Positions 21,988 to 30,251 of a stretch of 64,000 nt of DNA are shown here, in pieces; position 1 is the first letter of the stretch, and every line of letters starts with the position of its first letter. The DNA comes from Limnochordia bacterium. GTDB taxonomy: Bacteria > Bacillota > Limnochordia > DTU080. The notes beneath the pieces are model-generated. The model worked only from the letters and a program-made list of their open reading frames with translations, did not search any database and was not told the origin of the DNA. A program made the position numbers and the translations under genes. The stretch is taken from NCBI GenBank assembly GCA_050951545.1, contig JBMNJG010000002.1, positions 96,001-160,000 of the forward strand, written 5' to 3'.

Positions 21988-23049
21988 TCATAGCGTTGCA
22001 GTGTAACATCCTTCTACCTGTCGGATCTTGACGATCTCATTCAGCCTGTCGGATTCCCGGATGGCGTCCAGAACAATCGACAGCTGCAGGGCATCTGAGG
22101 TGGCGACAGGAAAGGGCTGCTCTTCCCTGAGGGCCTTGGCGACTGCAGCGTACACCTCGTTTTCGTTGCCGTAAATACTACCAGGCACGTGTTCTTGCAT
22201 CGTCCTCGAGGGTACCTGGGCCATTGTGGAATACTGAGTGGGGTCGTCAGGTGTGGTCGGAGTGCCCTGATGCACCATCAGCCTGTTGCCTTTGACAACA
22301 ATGGTGCCGCGATCGCCCTGGATGATCCAATCGGGCAGCGGCTCAGTGGTTATGGTGTACTCTGCTTGGATGAGGCAGCCATTTGCCAGGTTGAGGACGG
22401 CAAAGAAGAGGTCTTCTGCATCACCAGGATTGATGGTCTGTTTTAGACGGCCGTAGACACTGTCTACAGGGCTTTGCATAAGAACAACCGGGGGATCGAC
22501 GATATGTGGTCCCCAGTTAAGCAGGTATCCACCACCGTAGGCCCGGCGGGTCTGCCAGTCGGAGCGGGTGCCGAAACCACCGACGATACGTCTGATGAGG
22601 AATACTTGACCCACGGTACGGCGTTGGACAAGCTGCCGGAGGCGGCGCAAGATGCATCCCCAGCGAGCGGGTAGCCATGGTAACAGTTGCTTTCCGGAGG
22701 CCTTGGCTGTAGCGATCATGAGGCGACCTTCGTCGGCATTGGTGGCCCAGGGCTTGGTGACCAAGACATTGGTCCCTGCCTGTAGGCAATCACAAGCCAT
22801 CTGACAGTGCTGATCGCTGCGCGTAATGATACATACCAGGTCCAATGCCTCGCTAGCGAGCATCTCATGGTGGTTCTCGTAGACGGAACAGCCAAAGCGA
22901 TCGGAAGCTGCTTGGCGTTGATGTGGGCTAGTGTCACATACTGCAATCAGGCGGAATCTGCTATCGCGTCCAATAGCACCCGCATGCATAGTACTCCCGC
23001 TGCGGCCATATCCTACAATGGCTGTACGAATGGGGTTATGCATGGCCAA
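21988..23049 (-). CDS. Gfo/Idh/MocA family oxidoreductase
   Basis: IVGYGRSG Rossmann fold, VTKP (EKP variant), GGGYLLNWGPH. Confidence 0.88.
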   Translation of the reverse strand: MAMHNPIRTAIVGYGRSGSTMHAGAIGRDSRFRLIAVCDTSPHQRQAASDRFGCSVYENHHEMLASEALDLVCIITRSDQHCQMACDCLQAGTNVLVTKPWATNADEGRLMIATAKASGKQLLPWLPARWGCILRRLRQLVQRRTVGQVFLIRRIVGGFGTRSDWQTRRAYGGGYLLNWGPHIVDPPVVLMQSPVDSVYGRLKQTINPGDAEDLFFAVLNLANGCLIQAEYTITTEPLPDWIIQGDRGTIVVKGNRLMVHQGTPTTPDDPTQYSTMAQVPSRTMQEHVPGSIYGNENEVYAAVAKALREEQPFPVATSDALQLSIVLDAIRESDRLNEIVKIRQVEGCYTATL

Positions 23050-23189
23050 TCCCTGACACTCCCTACTCGTGGCGGGTCGCCGACACGCGCACGCTTCAAG
23101 TGATCGTGATAGAAGCCTTCGTCTCTGTGGGGCAGCTTCCTTCGGACAAAGGCTAGCGATTTGCGCCTCATGCTACCTGACGTACAGCC

Positions 23190-23219
23190 TTGACATTTCA
23201 GCTACCTTCGGCGTACACT
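23190..23219 (+). promoter_or_regulatory. SigmaA promoter upstream of riboswitch/CDF gene
   Basis: TTGACA-N18-TACACT. Confidence 0.6.
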
Positions 23220-23277
23220 GATGGCGATTGAGACTGCGCATGTTAGCGCATCCCCATCAGTGCAACACGATGAGATC

Positions 23278-23410
23278 TACGAAGAACAGGCGCGCCTGCC
23301 ACAAAGACCCTATGGATAGGCGTAGCCGGGCCCTGTCTAAGGGCAGTAAGTGCTCATAGCGGCGCTTGCGGGACTGCTGATCGAATGTCTCGTAAGCGCC
23401 GTTTGCGTTG
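23278..23410 (+). ncRNA. NiCo (czcD)-like metal-sensing riboswitch with mutually exclusive terminator
   Basis: Ordered motifs GAACAGGC...GTAGCCGGGC-hairpin-GCAGTAAG...CTTGCGGGAC match the NiCo four-way junction. A 15-bp alternative hairpin (23360-23374/23387-23401) is followed by a U-rich tract. Lies directly upstream of a CDF exporter. Confidence 0.78.
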
Positions 23411-23431
23411 TGTTCGAAAGGAGAATCTGCT

Positions 23432-24394
23432 GTGTCGGAGGAGAGCAAGCGGGTTGATCGGTTCGGTATCGGGGAGCGAGCGTCATGGGGCGCTGCGCTT
23501 GGTAACCTGGGCTTGGTCATTTTCAAGCTCGTTGCGGGCTTGCTTGGCCACAGCGCGGCAATGGTCGCTGACGCCATGCACTCTACGTCCGACATATTGG
23601 CCAGCCTAGGGGTGATTGCCAGCCTTCGTATCTCAAAGCGACCTGCGGATGAGGGTCATCCCTACGGACATGGTAAGGCCGAATCGGTAGCAGCGAAGTT
23701 GGTTGGGATAACCTTGCTTGTGGCCGGGTTCTCTATCGGGTTCTCAGCCATCAAGAGCATCCTCGCTGGGACGTATGTGAAACCAGGGATGATCGCTCTT
23801 GTGGCCGCCATTGTTTCCGTCGTGACGAAGGAGGCAATGTACCAGGTGGTCGCGGCCACTGCCCGACGCATACACAGCAGCGCCTTGCTGGCCGAAGCAT
23901 GGCATCATCGCTCCGATGCGTATTCATCGATCGGCACGGGAATCGGCATCTTCGCTGCTCGGCATGGGTGGCCTATTCTAGACCCTATCGCAGGTCTCGT
24001 CGTCGCGCTGCTTATAGCGTCCATTGGCTGGAAGACCCTTCGGAGTTCGGCACAGGAGTTGATGGATGCTCAGGTCGATGAGGAGATTCTATGCGCGCTT
24101 AGGCAGACGACTCTCGATGTGGAAGGTGTTCACGATATTCACACCATAGCGGCGCGCCGCTATGGTGGCTCATACTATGTTGACCTGCGCATCGGAGCCG
24201 ATTCACATCTGAGCCTGGAAGAAGGGCATGAGATCGCGATGCAGGTGGAGATCGCTATCAAGCGCCAGTGCGAGCGTGTTGTCGGTGTACTGGTGCATGT
24301 GGACCCTGAGAGCGTGCACCGAAATGATCCCGCGGGCGACGGCCACGCTATGTTGGGAAAACATGGCTCGAGTAGGTGTGGCACGGTGGGCTAG
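23432..24394 (+). CDS. Cation diffusion facilitator (CDF) family transporter
   Basis: SAAMVADAMHSTSD, HPYGHGKAE, WHHRSDA, C-terminal HEIA...VLVHVDP. GTG start after GGAGA. Confidence 0.93.
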   Translation: MSEESKRVDRFGIGERASWGAALGNLGLVIFKLVAGLLGHSAAMVADAMHSTSDILASLGVIASLRISKRPADEGHPYGHGKAESVAAKLVGITLLVAGFSIGFSAIKSILAGTYVKPGMIALVAAIVSVVTKEAMYQVVAATARRIHSSALLAEAWHHRSDAYSSIGTGIGIFAARHGWPILDPIAGLVVALLIASIGWKTLRSSAQELMDAQVDEEILCALRQTTLDVEGVHDIHTIAARRYGGSYYVDLRIGADSHLSLEEGHEIAMQVEIAIKRQCERVVGVLVHVDPESVHRNDPAGDGHAMLGKHGSSRCGTVG

Positions 24395-24482
24395 AGAGGA
24401 AGAGGTATGTCACCAGGCGGCCTCGAATTTGTTCGGTGCGATTCGCTAGCGGATCGACTTTGATATCGGGGAGTCTGAACAT

Positions 24483-25745
24483 ATGCGGCGCAATTCACGA
24501 GTTGCTTTCTTGTGTCTGGTTGTGGTTGCGTGCTCCAGCTTCCTGGCCAGTGTAACCACTATGGCAGCAGGCCAGGAGATTACGCACTTCATGTACGCTA
24601 GCCACGGTGAGGCATGGAAAGAGTACCTGCACACGATGGCGGAGCGCTTTGCAAAGCAGACCGGTACCCAAGTTACAGTTATTATGAGCGATGGGGACTA
24701 TCGGTCTAAGCTGCTGGCGATGATCGCCGGGGGTACGCCACCTGATGTGACAGATGCGCACCCCGTGCTGGGCGCTCCCTTTATTCGAGACCACCTGTTT
24801 GAGGATCTGTTGCCCTACGTGAAGCGTGATAGGGTCCCCATCGACAGAATGCCGCCAGTAGGCGTGCAAGGCACCACGGCGCCAGGTGGCTATATGTGGG
24901 GCATCCCGGTCAGCATCATGCCGGTCATCACCGTCTTCAATGTTGATCTGTTTGCACAACGGGGGCTGTCTAACCCGAGGCAGTTGGGCGAGAACTGGAC
25001 GTGGGAGACCTTGCGCTCAAGTGCCCGTAGCCTGACCCGTGATACCAACGGCGATGGCGTAGCCGACAACTTCGGTACGAGCCGTATTCACTATCGCTGG
25101 GAAGCTCAGGTACACCAGGCCGGGGGTATGCTCTACGATCGGCTCGTTGATCCCAGCAAGAGCCGTTGGAATAGCCCAGAGGTACTGGCGGGGTTTGAGT
25201 TCCTCAATACACTGATGAACATTGATCGCGTGGTTTCTCCGGACTATCGTCAGAACGACATGCCCCAAGAGACGGTGGGCTTTACGGTCGTTGACGGCCC
25301 AGGTACGCCTTTCCTTTCGTCATCATGGGATGTAGCGGTGCCACCGAAGGGGCCTGGCTCGAGATCCAGCCGTGTTAACCCTGACGGGTTCCAGATCGTG
25401 GCTGCTAGTCAGAATAAAGAAGCGGCCTGGCAATGGGTTAAGTTCCTCGTAGGCACGGCGGACAATCAGCTCGAGATGAGCCGGATCACCCGGCGCATGC
25501 CTTCCCTCAAGGAAGCGATGCTACGCTACCCCAAGGTGGTTGCCGATCTTCCGGATAACTGGATGGCCTATATTGATACGGCCTTTAACCCAGATGGCTA
25601 CGCTGGCTATGTGCTGTACAATGCGAGCAGCATAGACCCCATTGTCAACGGCGCAGTAGGCAAGATATGGAATGGTCAGCAAGCACCAGCGACGGTGCTG
25701 CAGCAGATCCACGACCAGGTTTCTGCAGTGATGGCTGGTAAGTAG
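24483..25745 (+). CDS. Sugar ABC transporter substrate-binding protein (orphan, no adjacent permeases)
   Basis: Signal peptide, IAGGTPPDV, WTWE, DTNGDG Ca-binding-like motif, KEAAWQWVKFL. Confidence 0.85.
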   Translation: MRRNSRVAFLCLVVVACSSFLASVTTMAAGQEITHFMYASHGEAWKEYLHTMAERFAKQTGTQVTVIMSDGDYRSKLLAMIAGGTPPDVTDAHPVLGAPFIRDHLFEDLLPYVKRDRVPIDRMPPVGVQGTTAPGGYMWGIPVSIMPVITVFNVDLFAQRGLSNPRQLGENWTWETLRSSARSLTRDTNGDGVADNFGTSRIHYRWEAQVHQAGGMLYDRLVDPSKSRWNSPEVLAGFEFLNTLMNIDRVVSPDYRQNDMPQETVGFTVVDGPGTPFLSSSWDVAVPPKGPGSRSSRVNPDGFQIVAASQNKEAAWQWVKFLVGTADNQLEMSRITRRMPSLKEAMLRYPKVVADLPDNWMAYIDTAFNPDGYAGYVLYNASSIDPIVNGAVGKIWNGQQAPATVLQQIHDQVSAVMAGK

Positions 25746-25781
25746 GAGTCAGATCAGCAATCTGGCTTGAGGTGTGACGCG

Positions 25782-25820
25782 CACAGAGTCCGGGGGCCTC
25801 ATAGGCCCCCGGACTCTGTG
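25782..25820. terminator. Perfect 18-bp hairpin after the SBP gene (terminator or stabiliser)
   Basis: CACAGAGTCCGGGGGCCT-CAT-AGGCCCCCGGACTCTGTG; no clear U-tract. Confidence 0.6.
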
Positions 25821-25948
25821 GAAATGACCACAAAGCGCAGGTGATTTCGAGGACGAAACTAACCATCCAAGAGGTCGTGTTCCACTGGGGCCACGCAAAA
25901 AACTGCGGTAATCTCCCTGCGTTCGCTTGGGTTGGTGGTAAGAACCTT

Positions 25949-26917
25949 GCGATGCGGTCTTCGCGAAGCCCTTTTTGCTCATTTTGACCGCCTGAAGGGC
26001 TCATTTCTCCCCAAAAGGGCACACTTTCCCGCCTTGATTTCGCTTCTGGGGCTACCGGGCAGCACATAACCGAACGGTGGTGGTACCTTTTTCCCACTCA
26101 GTCGATTGGGTCAGCTCTCCAGTGCGCGATCACCGCGGGCTCACTCGGGTCCCTCTGCGAACCGACCCTTCGGTGTTGCCCCGGTCGGTGCATTTGGCAA
26201 ATAATGGACAGGTGCAATGGACGCGCTCGCGAAACAGGCTCGGTAGTCGGACACCAGCCGGATTGGTATGTGAGGCCGGGCGAAGGATGTGGCCGCGATG
26301 GCAAGAGAGCCGCCCCATTCACCCCCGGAGCCAGTGTACGTGGTAAAAGTGCAGCGATGCGGCCTTCGCGGAGCCCTTTTTGCTCATTTTGACCGCCCGA
26401 AGGGCTCTTTTCACCGCCTAAGGGCACACTTTCCCGCCTTGATTTCGCTTCTGGGGCTATCGGGCGGCACATAACCGAACGGTGGTGATACCTTTTTCCC
26501 ACTCAGTCGATTGGGTCAGCTCTCCAGTGCGCGATCACCGCGGGCTCACTCGGGTCCCTCTGCGAACCGACCCTTCAGTGTTAACCCGGTCGGTGTGTTT
26601 CGAAAAGGGTGGACAGATGCAATGGACGCGCTCGCGAAACAGGCCCTGCAGTCAGACACCAGCCGGATTGGTACGTGAGTCGGGGCCAAAAATCCGACCG
26701 TGATGGCAAAAGAGCCGCCTCATTAACCCCCGGGCCCAATGTACGTGGTAAAAGTGCAGCGATGCGGCCTTCGCGGAGCCCTTTTTGCTCATTTTGACCG
26801 CCCGAAGGGCTCATTTCCCCCCAAAAGAGCACGCTTTCTCGCCCTGGTGGCCCTTCTGGAGCTACTGAGCAGTACATAACCGAACAGTGGCGATAGCCTT
26901 TTCCCACTCAGCCGATG
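25949..26917. repeat. Tandem direct repeat, 405-bp period, about 2.4 copies
   Basis: GCGATGCGG(T/C)CTTCGCG(A/G)AGCCCTTTTTGCTCATTTTGACCGCC starts at 25949, 26354 and 26759 (exact 405 spacing). Copies differ by substitutions only. Confidence 0.95.
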
Positions 26918-27040
26918 ATCCGAGGGTGAAATGCTGTCGACTCCCAGTGGCCACCGGGTCTTAGCTGGCAATGCGCGCGCTGTCAGCGAAAGCTGTGGAA
27001 GGATTCTGGCCTCACGTACCGAACATCGCATCGAGACAAT

Positions 27041-27054
27041 CGAACACATGATCG
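27041..27054. promoter_or_regulatory. Putative LexA (SOS/Cheo) box
   Basis: CGAACACATGATCG, one mismatch to the Bacillota consensus CGAACRNRYGTTCG; lies between the putative promoter and the RBS of the nuclease gene. Confidence 0.55.
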
Positions 27055-27072
27055 TTGTGTGAGGTGAGGCCC

Positions 27073-28134
27073 TTGTACTCTCTCTATGTAGATGAGGTGA
27101 ACGTGCCGCTCTCACTGCTACTGACTCGCGAGCTAAAAGCCAGCGAGAAGATCGTTTGGATGGCCTTAACGATGGATGATCAGCTGGAGGAAAGCTTCCT
27201 TTTCTCGCCCAGCCGCCTGGGGCGGCGCACGGGTATGTCCCGGCCTACCGTTCGCAGGGCGACAGCCAAGTTAACCACCGAGGGCTGGTTTGCTCCACCG
27301 GCTAGGCGGGGACCTAGCCAGACCGCGGCACAGAAGCCATCCCCGGACAGGGTCTCCGTGCCTGTGGAGCTAGTCATGGCTACTGAAATCCATGCACAGG
27401 CCAAATTGGTTTATGCCGTACTGCTGTCCAAACCTACGGACCCACCTCGCAAAAGGCAGTTCACATACGCTGAGTTAGCCGGCCGGATGAGTCTGAGCCC
27501 CCAAACCATCAAACACGCGGCTCGTCAGTTGGCCAAGCATGGTTGGCTGGAGATGGAGCAGGCGCACAAGCGGGCACCGATTCGCTTCACTCTCCACAAC
27601 CCGGTTGATAAGCGAAATGTAAAAGAAATACTAGACGTGCAGGATGAGCTCCACCGCGCTACGCACCTCGGAGAGGCTCTCATGCAGGCTATCTTCTTGG
27701 CGCTTGTCGATTGCCTTGACTTCGACGACGGAATGCGCCCAGGTTTCATGAGGAACCCAGCAACTGGCAAGCGTCTGGAGGTCGATCTCTTCTATTACTT
27801 GCACAATACGGCCATGGAGTTCAATGGGGCGCAACACTACCGCGTCACGGAGCGGAATTCGGCTGAGCAGGTCCATAAGCAGCAATGCCGTGACCAGACC
27901 AAACAGCAGATCTGCGCTAAGAAGAAGATCAAGCTGATCGTGATTCAGACTCACGAGCTGTCCTGCAAGATCATCAAGCGCAAGATTCACAGGCGGCTGC
28001 CATTCCGGCGCGGTCAGGACTTCAACCGGAGGCTCATCAACTATCTCGAGTGTAGATGCGGTGAGTACCAGCAAAGAATAGATGAACGTGGCTGGGGAAC
28101 CGCCAGCCAATCTGAGAGAAAGCAAGACGAGTAA
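27073..28134 (+). CDS. Tandem winged-helix (replication-initiator-like) + Vsr/DUF559-like endonuclease protein
   Basis: Two internal repeats VxVP..L....K(I/L)V..L...S/T...L....mS..T(V/I)....L...GW. C-terminal GEALM...NPATGKRLEVDLFY...AMEFNGAQHY...RDQTKQQIC...IKLIVI. TTG start after GAGGTG (ORF from 27055). Confidence 0.75.
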   Translation: MYSLYVDEVNVPLSLLLTRELKASEKIVWMALTMDDQLEESFLFSPSRLGRRTGMSRPTVRRATAKLTTEGWFAPPARRGPSQTAAQKPSPDRVSVPVELVMATEIHAQAKLVYAVLLSKPTDPPRKRQFTYAELAGRMSLSPQTIKHAARQLAKHGWLEMEQAHKRAPIRFTLHNPVDKRNVKEILDVQDELHRATHLGEALMQAIFLALVDCLDFDDGMRPGFMRNPATGKRLEVDLFYYLHNTAMEFNGAQHYRVTERNSAEQVHKQQCRDQTKQQICAKKKIKLIVIQTHELSCKIIKRKIHRRLPFRRGQDFNRRLINYLECRCGEYQQRIDERGWGTASQSERKQDE

Positions 28135-28446
28135 TCACCCTGGGTCACCTCGTCCGTTTCATTAGGGCTCGCATCAGCCGTGCAGCCAATGTTAGTGCGC
28201 GTCCACCCGCCGCTGGCTACCCCATTGGCAGCGGATGCGTAGAAAGCGCCTGTAAGCAGGTTGTTGTTAGGCGCCACAAGCAATCTGGAATGCGTTGGAG
28301 CCAACTTAGGGCACAGCAGATGCCAAACGTTGCAGCATACTCCCACGGTGAACAGTGGGACGATTTCTGGGAGAGGCGGGAGGCAGCATGATTAGGAACG
28401 GGTGTTCGCCGCAATTTCGCGTGTGCACCCGCACCCACCTCACCGG

Positions 28447-28475
28447 TTGACGACCCACGGCTGACGTGATAAACT
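28447..28475 (+). promoter_or_regulatory. SigmaA promoter of tRNA-Ala
   Basis: TTGACG-N17-TAAACT with extended TG. Confidence 0.65.
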
Positions 28476-28488
28476 TGTGCTGTTCTGT

Positions 28489-28564
<76 letters not shown>

Positions 28565-28569
28565 CATCC

Positions 28570-28600
28570 GAGGCCTTGCACCACATTGCAGGGCCTCTTT
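28570..28600 (+). terminator. Terminator after first tRNA-Ala
   Basis: GAGGCCTTGCA...TGCAGGGCCTC-TTT. Confidence 0.6.
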
Positions 28601-28659
28601 CGCATTGGCTAGACCATGTTGTCTGGTGACGCCGACTCGCCAAGCCAGGCCATCGGCGC

Positions 28660-28688
28660 TTGACGCTGGTCGGTGCAGGTGCTAAAAT
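28660..28688 (+). promoter_or_regulatory. SigmaA promoter of tRNA-Ile/tRNA-Ala pair
   Basis: TTGACG-N17-TAAAAT with extended TG. Confidence 0.7.
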
Positions 28689-28701
28689 AATCACATGTTG
28701 T

Positions 28702-28778
28702 GGGCTTATAGCTCAGGTGGCTAGAGCGCACCCCTGATAAGGGTGAGGTCGGTGGTTCGAATCCACCTAAGCCCACCA
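28702..28778 (+). tRNA. tRNA-Ile(GAT)
   Basis: GGGCTTA/TAAGCCC acceptor stem, CACCC-CTGATAA-GGGTG, GGTTCGAATCC, CCA; 77 nt. Confidence 0.97.
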
Positions 28779-28786
28779 CAGCATAT

Positions 28787-28861
28787 GGGGATGTAGCTCA
28801 GTGGGAGAGCGCCGCCCTTGCATGGCGGAGGTCAGTGGTTCGAACCCTCTCATCTCCACCA
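28787..28861 (+). tRNA. tRNA-Ala(TGC), second copy
   Basis: GGGGATG/CATCTCC, CCGCC-CTTGCAT-GGCGG, T-arm AGTGG-TTCGAAC-CCTCT (one U-U mismatch), CCA; 75 nt. Confidence 0.93.
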
Positions 28862-28862
28862 C

Positions 28863-28896
28863 AAAAGACCCTGTGTGTGCGACAGGGTCTTTTTTT
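28863..28896. terminator. Bidirectional intrinsic terminator after tRNAs
   Basis: AAAAGACCCTGT...ACAGGGTCTTTTTTT. Confidence 0.85.
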
Positions 28897-28932
28897 CGCG
28901 GTAGGAATAGGCAAAGCGGTCGGCCATCCTTC

Positions 28933-29670
28933 TCAACTAGCGTTTGTGCTTGATGCCATGAGTGACCGCAGGCGCGCGGCTACTCTATCGCCACCTGGCA
29001 CACAGGCGTCTGTGCCTGCTCTTCCAGAGGCCACTGCCTGGGCATACTCGGAGCAGCTGGAAAAGCCGCAGGCCTTGCAGCTGAACCCGGGAAGTGCTTG
29101 TGTGAGCAGCTCTTGGAGCGGCTGACTCTGATCGGTCTCAGCGCGCGGGATATCTGCTAAGGCGATCACTCGGTTACTGATGGCGCCGATCAATAGGATG
29201 CTGGGCACTGTCCACAGGTAGCGTAGCATCGTAAAGCGAGCCCCCAAGAAGCGAGCTTCAACCGCCAACATAGGAATCTTGATGACGGCCCAGGAGCTGA
29301 TAATAATGACCACATTGCCGATGCTTGCTCCCTTGTGCATCAGCGTCTGGGCGATGGGAAAGGCGGCGTAGATCGGTCCTGCGGAAACCGATCCGATTAC
29401 GATGGATGCTAGTTTGCCGCGCAGGCCCGAATGTACGCCGAGATTCGCGGAGATGATCTTCCGCGGTACCCATGTGGTGATAAGCGCGGTCAAAATCAAG
29501 ACTGCTGGCATCACCTGTAGCATCTCGAGCAAGTAGCTTCCAGTGAGTTTCAGCGCCTCGAGAGTGAGCTGGCTGCCCTGGGTAGTGTCGTAGACAACGG
29601 TTGCCAGGTATGCGGCGAGGGCCACAACGACAAGTCGGTTCTTTCGTTTGGCTTCCTGTTGCTTTTTCAT
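28933..29670 (-). CDS. DUF318/ArsP-like permease subunit with C-terminal RnfB-like Fe-S domain
   Basis: GSVSAGPIYAAFP, SSWAVIKIPML permease motifs; C-terminal LPGFSCKACGFSSC...AC.PGG. Confidence 0.8.
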   Translation of the reverse strand: MKKQQEAKRKNRLVVVALAAYLATVVYDTTQGSQLTLEALKLTGSYLLEMLQVMPAVLILTALITTWVPRKIISANLGVHSGLRGKLASIVIGSVSAGPIYAAFPIAQTLMHKGASIGNVVIIISSWAVIKIPMLAVEARFLGARFTMLRYLWTVPSILLIGAISNRVIALADIPRAETDQSQPLQELLTQALPGFSCKACGFSSCSEYAQAVASGRAGTDACVPGGDRVAARLRSLMASSTNAS

Positions 29671-30155
29671 ATGAGTATAGCCACTCCCATCGCGATGAGA
29701 AGAGCAAAGCCGAGGCTGAGGGCGTTGCGCACAAAGGCGAATTTCCGACCGAAGTGCTTGATCTCAATGGGCAGGGTTACGAGTCCCACCATGGTCAGCG
29801 AGGTGATAAAGGCTGCGACGGCCACCAGATGAGCGCCTTTTTCCACTAGCGAGGAGGCCAAAGGAAAGGCGACAAATGCTGGCAACAGGGTGATAGCTCC
29901 AATCAGAGCTCCCCACAGAGCACTCAACCAGGCGCTTGGTTGCCCCAGCAGGGATTTGATGGTACTGGCTGGGACCAGGGTCAGTAGCAGCCCAACCAGA
30001 GCCAAAATGACAGTGATCTCACCTGCCAAGTTCAGAAACATGCCCTTGGCCATACCCAAGCTCTGCACGGTCTTTCGTCGATCTCGGGCCAATGAGACTA
30101 CAAGAGCGATCAGCGTCAACGCTAAGAGAATCACGGTGCTTATCACGGCTGTCAC
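29667..30155 (-). CDS. DUF318/ArsP-like permease subunit
   Basis: GAITLLPAFVAFPLA...AFITSLTMVGLVTLPIE..FGRKFA..RN. GTG start after GAGGAG. Confidence 0.8.
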   Translation of the reverse strand: MTAVISTVILLALTLIALVVSLARDRRKTVQSLGMAKGMFLNLAGEITVILALVGLLLTLVPASTIKSLLGQPSAWLSALWGALIGAITLLPAFVAFPLASSLVEKGAHLVAVAAFITSLTMVGLVTLPIEIKHFGRKFAFVRNALSLGFALLIAMGVAILI

Positions 30156-30233
30156 GATCTCTCCTCTGAAAATGATGTGATGCTGTGCGGGCATGTTGGC
30201 GGCTGCTCTCAGTGTTCGCTCCGCAGTGAGAAG

Positions 30234-30251
30234 TGAATGAACGTTCACTCA
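30234..30251. promoter_or_regulatory. Putative TetR operator 1
   Basis: Palindrome TGAATGAACGTTCACTCA upstream of the permease genes, overlapping the tetR stop. Confidence 0.65.

Noticed and set aside
25645-26907. Three minus-strand ORFs starting MGK(R/G)Y in the repeats
   Set aside because: No RBS, many non-synonymous differences, a premature stop in one copy, and overlap with the SBP gene end; treated as probable by-products of the repeat.
25949-26917. CRISPR array or DGR template/variable repeat
   Set aside because: Units are 405 bp with no short repeat-spacer alternation. Differences are not adenine-specific. No cas or reverse transcriptase gene is in the window.
26918-28488. Prophage or integrative element at tRNA-Ala
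   Set aside because: No integrase or phage genes, and no duplicated tRNA 3' end (att) was seen. Only the nuclease cassette is reported.
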